IMG/VR virus record: IMGVR_UViG_3300035522_000179
Location: 96,001 to 160,000 of that record
Source of the DNA: a virus
Taxonomy: Duplodnaviria > Caudoviricetes
Length of the DNA: 64,000 nt
Reading direction: 5' to 3' (one strand)
The translations under genes and the position numbers were made by a program. The notes beneath the pieces are model-generated. The model saw only the letters and a list, made by a program, of their open reading frames with translations. It did not search any database and was not told the origin of the DNA. This document shows positions 19,836-29,238 of the stretch, one piece after another. The number at the start of each line of letters is the position of its first letter. Positions within the stretch are counted from its first letter, which is position 1.

Positions 19836-21341
19836 TTACATATCGTCGTCGTCATCATCCTCATCATCGATTTCCCATTCGTTCTCATCCTCGTCGTCAT
19901 CCTTATCTTCATCGAAATACGAAGCAGGTGCATAGTTAAACTTACGAGGCTCAGCGGTACCAATGAAACTATCCAGTGAATTACGCTTGAGAGTAACCGT
20001 GCCATCATCATCAGATTCCTTTACTTCTTCAGGTTTCTCTTCCTCCTGCAGACCGAGCTCCTCATAACTAGCCACATTCTTCTTGAGCATGTTGTTCTTT
20101 TCAAGCACATTCTGGATGATTATCTGCTCAAGCTCTGCAGGATTCACAGGGAAGGTAATACCCTTAAGAACTTCCTTCGGATCGCCACCGCGATTCTCAA
20201 CCATCACCTTTGCATACTCCTCAGACAGGTCATCCATATCTATGCAGATATCAAATCTTCCAGATCTTCTAAGAGCGGGATCAAGCTTCTCCGGATAGTT
20301 AGTAGTTGCAACAACGATTGCACAGTTGTCCATGGTATCCATTGCTCTAAGAAGCTGTAACAATCTTCTGGAATGAGTCAGTGCATTGGTAATCTCTTTC
20401 TGAGAAGTCTCTGCACGATTGATCAACTGAGAGTCAATCTCATCGATGACGAACACAGTGTTCGGTTTGTTGAACTGGTTATCTCCCTCCTCCTTATCGA
20501 AGTAGTCCAGGTTCACAGAAACACAGTTCATATCCAGATGCTGTGCAAGAGAGAATGCAAATGCAGTCTTTCCTGTTCCAGGCTTACCGGAAAGAAGGAT
20601 TCCCAAACGATAAGGAACACTGAACTCTTTGTAGATTGCTTCCTTTGCAACGAAGTCAGAAATCTGTGCAAGGAGTTCCTCTTTTGCAGGGAAGGTAAGG
20701 AAGTTCATCGGGCGAATGCGAAGATCATTAGAAGCCTCACCTGCGGAAGAGATGGACTGATAACGAAGTCTGTTATTTCCCTGGGAGGACTTACTTACTT
20801 CAGATACCAGATCATCAATCTCTTTTCTTACTTTGTTATACCACTTCTCTCTGTGAGGACCAACGAAGAACATCTTTGTGGAGAAGTTCATCACCACGCC
20901 GGAAATGCCGTTGGAAGAACGATCGTCATCATTTAAGATCGGCTCTTTCACCACAATCATTCTGGTTCCGTCTTTGTCCATGCGAAGGCTGTAAAGTCCA
21001 GGAGCAATGGTTTTGTTTACCAGTTCCGGGAAGCAAGATACTTTCTTCTTTACTCTCTCGATAGATGCAGAGCAAAGTGCGAAGGAAGGATCCACATCCA
21101 TCAGGGTGGAGCCATACTTCTTGGATAAGTACTTGTTCTCAAGAACACTCACGCAGGACTTGGAGATATAAGTATCATAGTGACCGCTCACCTCAAAGAA
21201 GTTGCAGACATTCTCTTCCACTGCCTTCTTCAGACTCAACTTAATCGGGTCGATAATACGCTGTACTGAATAATGGGTGGCGTCAATTACTTTCTCGGTA
21301 ATTTGATTTGCAATAGCGAAATTTACTCCGTTAAAATACAT
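19836..21341 (-). CDS. AAA+ ATPase (BCS1-like) with acidic C-terminal tail
   Basis: PYRLGILLSGKPGTGKT Walker A; FVIDEID Walker B; ATTNYPEKLDPALRRSGRFD sensor-1/Arg finger. Confidence 0.9.
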   Translation of the reverse strand: MYFNGVNFAIANQITEKVIDATHYSVQRIIDPIKLSLKKAVEENVCNFFEVSGHYDTYISKSCVSVLENKYLSKKYGSTLMDVDPSFALCSASIERVKKKVSCFPELVNKTIAPGLYSLRMDKDGTRMIVVKEPILNDDDRSSNGISGVVMNFSTKMFFVGPHREKWYNKVRKEIDDLVSEVSKSSQGNNRLRYQSISSAGEASNDLRIRPMNFLTFPAKEELLAQISDFVAKEAIYKEFSVPYRLGILLSGKPGTGKTAFAFSLAQHLDMNCVSVNLDYFDKEEGDNQFNKPNTVFVIDEIDSQLINRAETSQKEITNALTHSRRLLQLLRAMDTMDNCAIVVATTNYPEKLDPALRRSGRFDICIDMDDLSEEYAKVMVENRGGDPKEVLKGITFPVNPAELEQIIIQNVLEKNNMLKKNVASYEELGLQEEEKPEEVKESDDDGTVTLKRNSLDSFIGTAEPRKFNYAPASYFDEDKDDDEDENEWEIDDEDDDDDDM

Positions 21342-21386
21342 GGTTTTAATCTCCTTTTTGTTTAATAATGTTTCATAAGGTATTTT

Positions 21387-21423
21387 GATGTGGTAATGAA
21401 ATGAATCATTACCACATCTTTGT
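21387..21423 (-). terminator. hairpin, probable terminator
   Basis: GATGTGGTAATGA-aatgaa-TCATTACCACATC. Confidence 0.6.
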
Positions 21424-21932
21424 TAAACGATCTGATGCTTACGTACTCGTTTTTGCATCCGTTTGATTTTTAGGTGTCTCCATTTGATAATATCTTTTTC
21501 TTCAATCATCTTTTTATGACAAAGATACTCGATACTTAATTCCACACCTACAATGGCATCAATAATATCTTTCTTATTATGACGCCCTCTTCCTTTTTTG
21601 CAAATGACTTTTTGAAGATTTGCAAGTTCCCAAATACAAGAGTTCAAGATTTTTCTTTCTGAGCAAGCGTCACAATACTGCTTGTGATCTTTTCTCATTT
21701 TCTCTTTCTCCTTGTCAATGGTTTTTCGTTTGATGGTGAAAGTGTTCATGATTAGAGAAGACATGATTTCCACATCTGCAATCTCTTCACATAAGTCTTC
21801 AATGTTTCCCGTCTTTTCTAAGATATTCGAAAATTCGGTAATGAGTTCAGAGATCTCTTCTAACGCTAAAATACACGCTTGAGATTTTCTGAGACTTTTT
21901 GTTACTTCGTTTAGAACCTTATTCTCCTTCAT
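21423..21932 (-). CDS. MazG-like NTP pyrophosphohydrolase with duplicated helical module
   Basis: LEEISELI..LCEEIADVEI motif; degenerate second copy WELANLQKVICK..IIDAIVGVEL. Confidence 0.65.
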   Translation of the reverse strand: MKENKVLNEVTKSLRKSQACILALEEISELITEFSNILEKTGNIEDLCEEIADVEIMSSLIMNTFTIKRKTIDKEKEKMRKDHKQYCDACSERKILNSCIWELANLQKVICKKGRGRHNKKDIIDAIVGVELSIEYLCHKKMIEEKDIIKWRHLKIKRMQKRVRKHQIV

Positions 21933-22627
21933 ACCGCAATTGTCTCAATCCTTTCATTGACTACCAAATTGTTCAGACTGCCGGAAGTAAGAAATGAATT
22001 CGAAGATACAAGTCCAAAATCCCGTGCAGCCTTTCTCTCCATCTCTTCTTCTTCCTCATCATCTTCTTGGTACATCAGAACTTCGATATCCACATCTCTT
22101 AAATCTGACTCCTCCCGTTTCTTACTAAAATCCATTAATACAAATTCGGGTCTTAGTATTTTTGCTTCTCGATATAATAATGTATCAATTAATTCTGTTT
22201 TAGTAATGTTAAATGAGAGGTCGCATGGAGATATTCCAAACTCCGATTCAAACTGATCCCACCGTTTAACCAGATCATCATGTATTATGCTTGTCTGATT
22301 ATCCTTCACATACCGATACTTTAAATTCCCAAGCGAGTTGGAAGAAGTGATTGTCAGATCAGAAAATGCAAATGAAGTGGACGTTTCAAAACCATCGTCA
22401 GAAACTCGAAACCAATGATTGGTATCAATCAAATTCCAATTTTGAGAGGAAACCCAATCTTGCGCAGTACCAGCCGTATAGAGGAATTCAAAAGGTCTAC
22501 TAAGAAATTGATCTTCCTCGTTGTGCTCTCTTTTTACCCAAGGAATACGTTGACTGCGCGAGATTGAGAAAGGTTCGTTAAAGTCACGGTCTACCGTTAA
22601 GTCAATATCTGCCGGTAAGCTTTTCAT
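21929..22627 (-). CDS. hypothetical protein (232 aa)
   Basis: ATGA start/stop overlaps with both neighbours. Confidence 0.75.
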   Translation of the reverse strand: MKSLPADIDLTVDRDFNEPFSISRSQRIPWVKREHNEEDQFLSRPFEFLYTAGTAQDWVSSQNWNLIDTNHWFRVSDDGFETSTSFAFSDLTITSSNSLGNLKYRYVKDNQTSIIHDDLVKRWDQFESEFGISPCDLSFNITKTELIDTLLYREAKILRPEFVLMDFSKKREESDLRDVDIEVLMYQEDDEEEEEMERKAARDFGLVSSNSFLTSGSLNNLVVNERIETIAV

Positions 22628-23379
22628 GCATTCATCCCCTTAGAGAAATCTTCCTTCGTCTCAACTGGTGTTACTCGAACTACCGGATTTACGCCTGTTT
22701 CAATCACCATTTTACCAACGAGTTTCTCGAAGGTAAGATCACAGTATTCATCCACCCAGTCTGCAATGCAGAAGAGTTTCTCATACATATTTCCAGCCAT
22801 GCTTTTACGGGAGCTGTCTACTTTCAGAGCACCAAACAAAATTGGGTCTTTCTCTTTACGAGTTTTCTCGACCTGTTTTTCTGCCTCTCCTGTGTAATCC
22901 GTAAACACAATGTAGCCTTTGTCAAATTTATCTTTGATTGCCAGCCACTTATCTGCAACATCATCTGGAATCTCTCTCGGATAATCTTCAATTGCAATAA
23001 TCTTAATACATCTGCCGGATACATTCTCGATGAAATTGCGGACGTTCTCCGCATTCACGTAAATATCGTACCCAAGATCCAGAAGCTCTAATTCTCTTCT
23101 TAACACTTCCATGTGAAGCTTTGCTTTTGTCGCTGCTGGCACCTGACCGAGCTTTTCAAATTTCTCAATCATCTGCTTGCAAATATCATAAGCTTTCTTC
23201 ACATATTCAGAATTCGTTGTCTCTTTCATCCCTTTTACATAATCAAAATACTCCTTGGGAGAAAGAGTTGTGACGTCTACTTTCTTCGTCTCTTCGGTAG
23301 TGGTTTCCTCAGTTACTTCCTCTGCCGCTACCACTTCTTCGGTGAGTTCTTCACTCTTTTTCTTTCTAGGCATTTTCAT
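22624..23379 (-). CDS. hypothetical protein (251 aa)
   Basis: GGAGG RBS; motif-like KDPILFG..IADWVDEYCDLT. Confidence 0.8.
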   Translation of the reverse strand: MKMPRKKKSEELTEEVVAAEEVTEETTTEETKKVDVTTLSPKEYFDYVKGMKETTNSEYVKKAYDICKQMIEKFEKLGQVPAATKAKLHMEVLRRELELLDLGYDIYVNAENVRNFIENVSGRCIKIIAIEDYPREIPDDVADKWLAIKDKFDKGYIVFTDYTGEAEKQVEKTRKEKDPILFGALKVDSSRKSMAGNMYEKLFCIADWVDEYCDLTFEKLVGKMVIETGVNPVVRVTPVETKEDFSKGMNA

Positions 23380-23725
23380 TTTCCTCCTGATCTTCCTCTA
23401 TAAAACTTTTTGCAAAGGATTCCAACTCTTCGTAGAAATCTTTATCAGTATCTGTTTCTTTATCGAAGTCATCGATTTCCACGCCGTATCCATCCACAGC
23501 CTGCAGCTTCGAAATGGTTTTCTTCTCAGAATCATCTACCATGAAGGTAATCACAACTTCATTATTCTCCGAAGGAAACTCCATCTCAATTTCATAGAAA
23601 TCCTTCGGTTCACGATTCGGGGAATCCGAAGAATCAGAAGGGACTGCACTAAACTCTCTGTAAGAGACGACACAATCCTCTTCATCAATCTCTTCTCCCA
23701 AAATCAATTGATCAAACAGTTTCAT
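23366..23725 (-). CDS. acidic hypothetical protein (start revised to ATG 23725)
   Basis: AGGAGGT RBS precedes MKLFDQ; the longer start would overlap the upstream gene. Confidence 0.7.
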   Translation of the reverse strand: MKLFDQLILGEEIDEEDCVVSYREFSAVPSDSSDSPNREPKDFYEIEMEFPSENNEVVITFMVDDSEKKTISKLQAVDGYGVEIDDFDKETDTDKDFYEELESFAKSFIEEDQEENENA

Positions 23726-24047
23726 CTTCTTTACCTCCTGTATGTGACTTATTGTATTCGGTTTTACTAATACTAGTAGCCCATAAAGGATCCAGTAAAT
23801 CAATTTTGCTAGAGCAACTAATACACGTGGTACTTGTATCCAGTGCATTTTGAAGGGTGACGATTTCAAAATGCGTTCCACATCGTTTGCAAGTGCATTT
23901 GTAGTATCTTGTCATTTTAGTAGGGGAACCATTACGATTCCCCTTTTTGTTTTCTCTGCAGCGAAGTTCCATATCGACTAAAACAAAGCCGATAAGCGCT
24001 ACAATGAACACGAATAAGCAGGACACGAATATTTCTTTTGTCTTCAT
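23712..24047 (-). CDS. membrane-anchored zinc-ribbon protein
   Basis: N-terminal TM IFVSCLFVFIVALIGFVLV; CKRC..CISC. Confidence 0.7.
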   Translation of the reverse strand: MKTKEIFVSCLFVFIVALIGFVLVDMELRCRENKKGNRNGSPTKMTRYYKCTCKRCGTHFEIVTLQNALDTSTTCISCSSKIDLLDPLWATSISKTEYNKSHTGGKEDETV

Positions 24048-24076
24048 GTTAGTTTGTCTCCTTTTCTACTCATTTC

Positions 24077-24613
24077 TTAATCGTTCTTCGCTTCTTCTAA
24101 AAACATGCGAGAATCAAGGAACTCGTTAATTCCTGCATTAACTCCCTTGCTAAGATATTTCCCATCCGACCAGTTATCTCTGATATGATACCACGAAATA
24201 TTCATGTAGCAACGAAAGTTGGCAGGATAACCGGTGCTACCAAGGACTTCTGTTTCAAATCCCATGTTTTTGAAAACTTCCTCAATCGGTTTAATAGTAT
24301 CACCATATGCAATCGATGACGGGATTTTTAACCGCAACTGAAAATTTTCGTCAATAACTTTAACGTCATTTGTTTCAGCACCAATGAATATGATATCTGC
24401 AGAATAATTCCCCTGATGTTTCATTTTGCTTAAATATGACATGATATGAAATCCTATTTTCGTGCCATATTTAAAACCCTCCTGTTTATAGTCAGAATTA
24501 ATGCAAATACCAGGGTTTTTATTCCAAAATTCTTTGATCAATGTTTCAATCCTATTCAGATCGTTTGTAAGACTATTACTCATGGTAACCGGAGCCTGCT
24601 CTTTTTTCTTCAT
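24077..24613 (-). CDS. hypothetical protein (178 aa)
   Basis: GAGGT RBS; coupled to the upstream gene. Confidence 0.75.
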   Translation of the reverse strand: MKKKEQAPVTMSNSLTNDLNRIETLIKEFWNKNPGICINSDYKQEGFKYGTKIGFHIMSYLSKMKHQGNYSADIIFIGAETNDVKVIDENFQLRLKIPSSIAYGDTIKPIEEVFKNMGFETEVLGSTGYPANFRCYMNISWYHIRDNWSDGKYLSKGVNAGINEFLDSRMFLEEAKND

Positions 24614-24614
24614 A

Positions 24615-26519
24615 TTATTCTACCTCTTCATCGTAATCAATGAAAACGGGATTGTAAGGACTCTGATCTCCAGGAGTAATCCAATCAATATGGATATTGT
24701 AGAAGAAGTCTCCATATCCGTTATATTCAGTCTTTTCGAAGATCACCCGAAATCTTTTGCTTGTATATCTATAATAGATGAAAGCCATGATATCATCAAA
24801 GTTCTTCTTGTACTTATCCGGGATAATCAGTTTCACTAGATTGTCATCTCTGTTGTACTTCTCGGTCGTAGCAAAGATGTTGATTCCATCATACCCATTC
24901 GTAGCGCAGGAAACCATATACTTGTCGATGATCTCTGCAAACTGATCTATCAGATCGTGACAAGGCAAGGGAATTGCATGTTTTGCATAGAAGCTCGTAT
25001 CCTGCAAATACTCCAGAGTGATAGGACCTTTGGAAACCTCCTTTTCATTGTTTTCTTTCTTTTCAATTTCTTTCTCTTCCATTGCTTTCTCCTCTTCTTT
25101 CTCGGTATTGGATTTTCTTGTGATTGAACATTTCACACGATTATTGATTCCTATAATATCCTTTTTATCAACTACAGAGAATCCTAAGTCGTTGATCTCC
25201 GAAATAATAGCATCTACCTCAGAAGACAACCCAAGTTCTGTAGGAATATAGATGTTTGCAAAGTCTGATTTCGCATAACAACTTCCATCTTTAATCGGTC
25301 CCACTCCTACATACTCGCGGAAATTGATAGGTACTTCCGTCTTTCCAAGGTCCATTTCTTCTTTTGCATATTCAACGATTTCCCGAGCTATATTAGATAC
25401 ATACAGATTCTTTTCAGGAGTAGGGGTGGTTCTCATGTTTTTATCAAGAGAATCAAATGTTTGAATAGGAATACTCATCTTGTAGTAATCGTCTCCGGAA
25501 AGATTTCCTGAGAGTTCCTTCGTTTCTTCCTCAGATTTCCTTCCCCAAGTGAATGCCAGATGAGCATATCCAGCACTCGGGCTATTAAAGCATCCGATCG
25601 TATATTCATAGTTGCATATAGATGAACTGATATATCTCCGTATAGCATCCACGATAAAATTAACACTAACGGGAGTCTCAAACGGTATTTTCAAAGCATG
25701 TGTAGCTTCAGTATATGCTTTTACTACTCTCGGATCTTCCGGGTCTGATACAAGGAAAACTTCTGCCGTGGAAAATCCACTGTCATTACATCTACAAATA
25801 AAACTCTTAATTTCATGAAGAATGCGATGCACCTCATACTCTCTCTTATGTCTGTTCATCAGGGTATCTCCTTTCACCTTGAATAAATTGGAATAACTAA
25901 AATCCTCTCTAGAGGATGAGTAGTAGGGATCATTCTTCACTCGTACCATATCTTCTTCCTCTTCCTCGCAGTAATTATCCCTGGAAAGATTTCCCAGTTT
26001 GCCGTAGTTCTCGTTCAATTGAATCGTTATTATAACGGAATACGGGTTGACATCTGTGGAGATAGTAATAGAAAATCCGCATGGGTTTATAGATTGTATA
26101 TAATCCCGCACTTTACCTATGATATAATCCGTTTGCTCATTCGTAAATGCTGACGGAATTTCAAAGGTTACGTCAGGGTTGTACCGCTTCAAAACTCTCT
26201 GATTTTTCACGTCTGTTAAAAGTAAAATTGTTACCGGTGAGGTTTCTTTACTAAAATGCTCAATGAAGAAACTCTCAATTTCATAAATAACGTGATGCAC
26301 CTCATACTCGGTCTTATACTTCTCCATCACTACATCTTCTTCCCCATCATCTGACACCGCCCGGACATAGTCCATATAAGCCTGCTCATTTTTTACGTCT
26401 TTTGCTTCTTTCTCCTTTGTCGTTTTTGCCTTTTTGGTCTTCTGGTTTTCTTTCTTACCAGATTCCTTCTTCGTGGTTTCGACCTTTTCTTCTTCTCCGG
26501 GCACTTTCTTTTTCGTCAT
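24615..26519 (-). CDS. early protein with internal tandem domain duplication (634 aa)
   Basis: EYEVHHVIYEIESF versus EYEVHRILHEIKSF, 156 aa apart; early motif at 26596-26604. Confidence 0.8.
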   Translation of the reverse strand: MTKKKVPGEEEKVETTKKESGKKENQKTKKAKTTKEKEAKDVKNEQAYMDYVRAVSDDGEEDVVMEKYKTEYEVHHVIYEIESFFIEHFSKETSPVTILLLTDVKNQRVLKRYNPDVTFEIPSAFTNEQTDYIIGKVRDYIQSINPCGFSITISTDVNPYSVIITIQLNENYGKLGNLSRDNYCEEEEEDMVRVKNDPYYSSSREDFSYSNLFKVKGDTLMNRHKREYEVHRILHEIKSFICRCNDSGFSTAEVFLVSDPEDPRVVKAYTEATHALKIPFETPVSVNFIVDAIRRYISSSICNYEYTIGCFNSPSAGYAHLAFTWGRKSEEETKELSGNLSGDDYYKMSIPIQTFDSLDKNMRTTPTPEKNLYVSNIAREIVEYAKEEMDLGKTEVPINFREYVGVGPIKDGSCYAKSDFANIYIPTELGLSSEVDAIISEINDLGFSVVDKKDIIGINNRVKCSITRKSNTEKEEEKAMEEKEIEKKENNEKEVSKGPITLEYLQDTSFYAKHAIPLPCHDLIDQFAEIIDKYMVSCATNGYDGINIFATTEKYNRDDNLVKLIIPDKYKKNFDDIMAFIYYRYTSKRFRVIFEKTEYNGYGDFFYNIHIDWITPGDQSPYNPVFIDYDEEVE

Positions 26520-26629
26520 ACGATATGTCTCCTTTCATTTATAAACTCAAGAAATTACTTTTTAAATTCCTCGAGTTATTTATTCAATTCTAATAAATAA
26601 TATATGGTTTAATTTTTAAAGTAATTCAG

Positions 26630-26770
26630 TCACCTACACGCCCATAAAAAAGCAAAGACAAATACATTAAGTATTTCCAATGCAGCTAACAAATAGTATT
26701 TATGTTCAAACATAATAATCAGTTGCAACGCCCAAATGATAGCGAAGCAAGCCGTCCAAAAAATCCTCAT
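26630..26770 (-). CDS. small two-TM membrane protein (46 aa), below the ORF-track cutoff
   Basis: AGGAGGT RBS; MRIFWTACFAIIWALQLIIMFEHKYYLLAALEILNVFVFAFLWACR. Confidence 0.7.
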   Translation of the reverse strand: MRIFWTACFAIIWALQLIIMFEHKYYLLAALEILNVFVFAFLWACR

Positions 26771-26782
26771 ACTGGATACCTC

Positions 26783-26938
26783 CTAATAACTCATCAATAA
26801 TATGACTATTATTAGAATTGCTATTATAATGGATCGAATAATACATCGGATAGATCTATTCATTATTTCTCCAATGAGGTCAAATACTAACATAAACATG
26901 ATTAAAGTCAGAATGCTAGTCTTTAACAATACTTCCAT
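26783..26938 (-). CDS. small two-TM membrane protein (51 aa), below the ORF-track cutoff
   Basis: AAGGAG RBS; MEVLLKTSILTLIMFMLVFDLIGEIMNRSIRCIIRSIIIAILIIVILLMSY. Confidence 0.7.
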   Translation of the reverse strand: MEVLLKTSILTLIMFMLVFDLIGEIMNRSIRCIIRSIIIAILIIVILLMSY

Positions 26939-26951
26939 CAATTTTATCTCC

Positions 26952-27116
26952 TTATTGATATTCTCCTTTGAGTATAGAATATACTGCCCACACGAAAAAG
27001 CACAAGAGAAAACCTATAAGAAATCCTTTCTTACTCATTCTCATTCCTTCTTTTATACAAAGAATCATCAAAAGGATCTCTACTATAAGTGAAGCAAAAA
27101 TCTTAAATATGTCCAT
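26952..27116 (-). CDS. small two-TM membrane protein (54 aa), below the ORF-track cutoff
   Basis: GGAGG RBS; MDIFKIFASLIVEILLMILCIKEGMRMSKKGFLIGFLLCFFVWAVYSILKGEYQ. Confidence 0.7.
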   Translation of the reverse strand: MDIFKIFASLIVEILLMILCIKEGMRMSKKGFLIGFLLCFFVWAVYSILKGEYQ

Positions 27117-27201
27117 TTTCGTCCTCCGCATTTATTTCTGGTTAGACAGTAGTATTCGCCCAGAGAAACCAAATTCTTAAGACGAACACTACTGTTTTTT
27201 A

Positions 27202-29038
27202 TTACAGGGTACAGAAGTTATACAGATCAATCTTCTGTCCTTTGGTTACAGAAAAGTAATCATTTAACAAACCAGTATCTCTCGATGTAATCATATGCTT
27301 TACTGGATCATACTTACGAAACATCTTCTTTACTGATTCATCCATAATTCCGATGATGTTTAAAATATCTCCGTCAAACACGAGATCCCATATTTTTCAA
27401 TATGGCGTGGACTATATCTTCATCCTTAATCTATGTACACATTAAGGAGTCACGCGCTCCCACTCTAGCCCGCAAACTAGAATGTACCCTACTCAGAATC
27501 TTGATATCTTAGATATGATATTTCAAAATTCTTTTCAATAGTCTCTACACTTTATTATCTGTATTGCTAGATAATCTTAGCACGGTATTATCTGCTATCC
27601 ATTTCTGGACCGTAGGTTTTCTTACGAAGCTTATTCGCTCATGGATACTATATATATATATATAAATATAGCAGCTTATAATTGTCATATAAGCAATCTT
27701 AGTTCACTTCTACCGTTAGCAAGCTATATTATAACTCACACCGCTTGTTAGGCGTTCACGTGAAGCTCTGTATAGTATTACTACTATACACCGACAATGA
27801 CTTAGCTCATCGGCATTTAACCCACTAAGGATCGAGAGTGGAACCATCAATGTCAGGCACCCTTTATCTGGTCTAATCGTTCTTATATCCATCAGAATTA
27901 TGGAATAATAATTCAAAGTGGGGTTTCTGTTAATCACAACCGAAGGATGCTCGATATTAATGATCATCAACATAATCTCATAGATTCGTTGATCAAAATC
28001 GTATCCTTGTTCCCAAATGGTATTGGCTGCGGCTAACGAGATTCCATACATCTTCATTAAGTAATAAATGATTTTAAACTTAAACATGACATAGAAACAA
28101 CTGTATCCAAGATCTATTTCGTTATCTTTTAAACTAGGATCTGGACAAATGACATTTCGGGAAGTGAAGTTTAAAGATCCTCCAATCAACTGGTCTCTGA
28201 TCAAACCGTCTTTGGAGTTGATCAAATTAAAATTAAATTCCCAAATGGCATTGACTCTTTGTTGGATTCTTCCTAAGATCACAGGAGTTTCAATGTCTTC
28301 CGAATCCCTCAAATTCCTAGCAAGGTTTGTGAGGGTATTAATATCTTTATCAATTCCCGTAAAGTAAAAATTCTCACTGGTTACGGATTGTTGACGAAGA
28401 AGCGTAGTATAAACGGGAGCGTATGATGTAAATACTTTCAAACGCTCTTTGGAAATCAAATCAAAGGTACTGGCTTTGTTGGGTTTCTTCTTTCGATAAA
28501 AGTCTAAGACTTCATCAAAACGAAACCGGAATGATTCTAAGCCAATGCCACAAAACGGTGACTTGGGATCAAATTCTTTCATTTCCTCCGTAGTTAAATC
28601 CACTCTTCTTCCGTCTCGGTCTACTTTCTTCTTCGTATAAATAATTTCTGGGAATTCGTCTTTCCCAATCGCTGCTTGTAAGATGCGATAATAATGGGGA
28701 GCAACGATCTTCTTATTCCCAAAGGGAATCCATCCAGTCATTTTTGGATTCACGTCCTTAAACTCTACCTTTTGACCACACTTCGGACAAATCTCATCCT
28801 TAAAGGCAACCCCTGTGAATGCGCCACAATCACAAGAATACCGTTCTGCAAATGCCTGTTCGTCTGAAAATGTGGTACCAAACCGTGGGGACTGTGGACC
28901 ATTCAACGCTTTCTTTCGGGTTTCATCAATATCCACTTCCGGTGGATCTGTAATGAAAAACCCTCGTCCTTCGGCTACATCGGTGAATGCACAAACATCG
29001 AAGTTGAGCCTATTTACTTCTACTCTTCGTTTTCCCAT
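27202..29038 (-). CDS. rpoC: non-virion RNA polymerase beta' N-terminal subunit, spliced (exon1 29038-27809, exon2 27378-27202; 468 aa)
   Basis: Zn ribbon YSCDCG..CPKC; NRNPTL; exon1 ends GLNAD and exon2 starts FDGDILN, rebuilding the catalytic NADFDGD. Confidence 0.92.
27379..27808 (-). mobile_element. group I intron (430 nt, no ORF) within the NADFDGD motif
   Basis: 5' exon ends in U and intron ends in G; P1 GCCGAU/GUCGGU; R element GUAGAGACUA (27548-27539); S element AAGAUAUAGUCC (27420-27409). Confidence 0.92.
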
Positions 29039-29069
29039 TGTTTACTCCTTTCTTAGTGCATAACGAGAA

Positions 29070-29078
29070 AATAATATA
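29070..29078 (-). promoter_or_regulatory. early-type promoter TATATTATT for the nvRNAP beta' gene
   Basis: Exact motif about 30 nt upstream of the ATG, inside an inverted repeat (29059-29123). Confidence 0.6.
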
Positions 29079-29179
29079 TTAGTAAAACTGAATTTAGAAA
29101 AGAATTCACTATTTCTCGTTATGTAACACGTTTTTTAAAAAATGGTATTTCATCTGTTTCAAAAACACTGACAAAAAAA

Positions 29180-29191
29180 AACAAATTAATA
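29180..29191 (+). promoter_or_regulatory. late-type promoter AACA-N6-TA
   Basis: AACAAATTAATA upstream of 29239. Confidence 0.6.
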
Positions 29192-29238
29192 AATGATTTC
29201 AATAACCGAAAATTAAGAAAGATAAGAGGGTAAAAGAA

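Noticed and set aside
26802-27180. Plus-strand ORFs of 96 and 70 aa
   Set aside because: Better explained by three RBS-backed minus-strand membrane ORFs.
27649-27670. (TA)n microsatellite
   Set aside because: Lies within the group I intron, probably in a peripheral loop; no independent function evident.
27716-27808. C-terminal 30 aa of the 440-aa ORF (ELSHCRC...)
   Set aside because: Read-through into intron sequence, not part of the mature protein.
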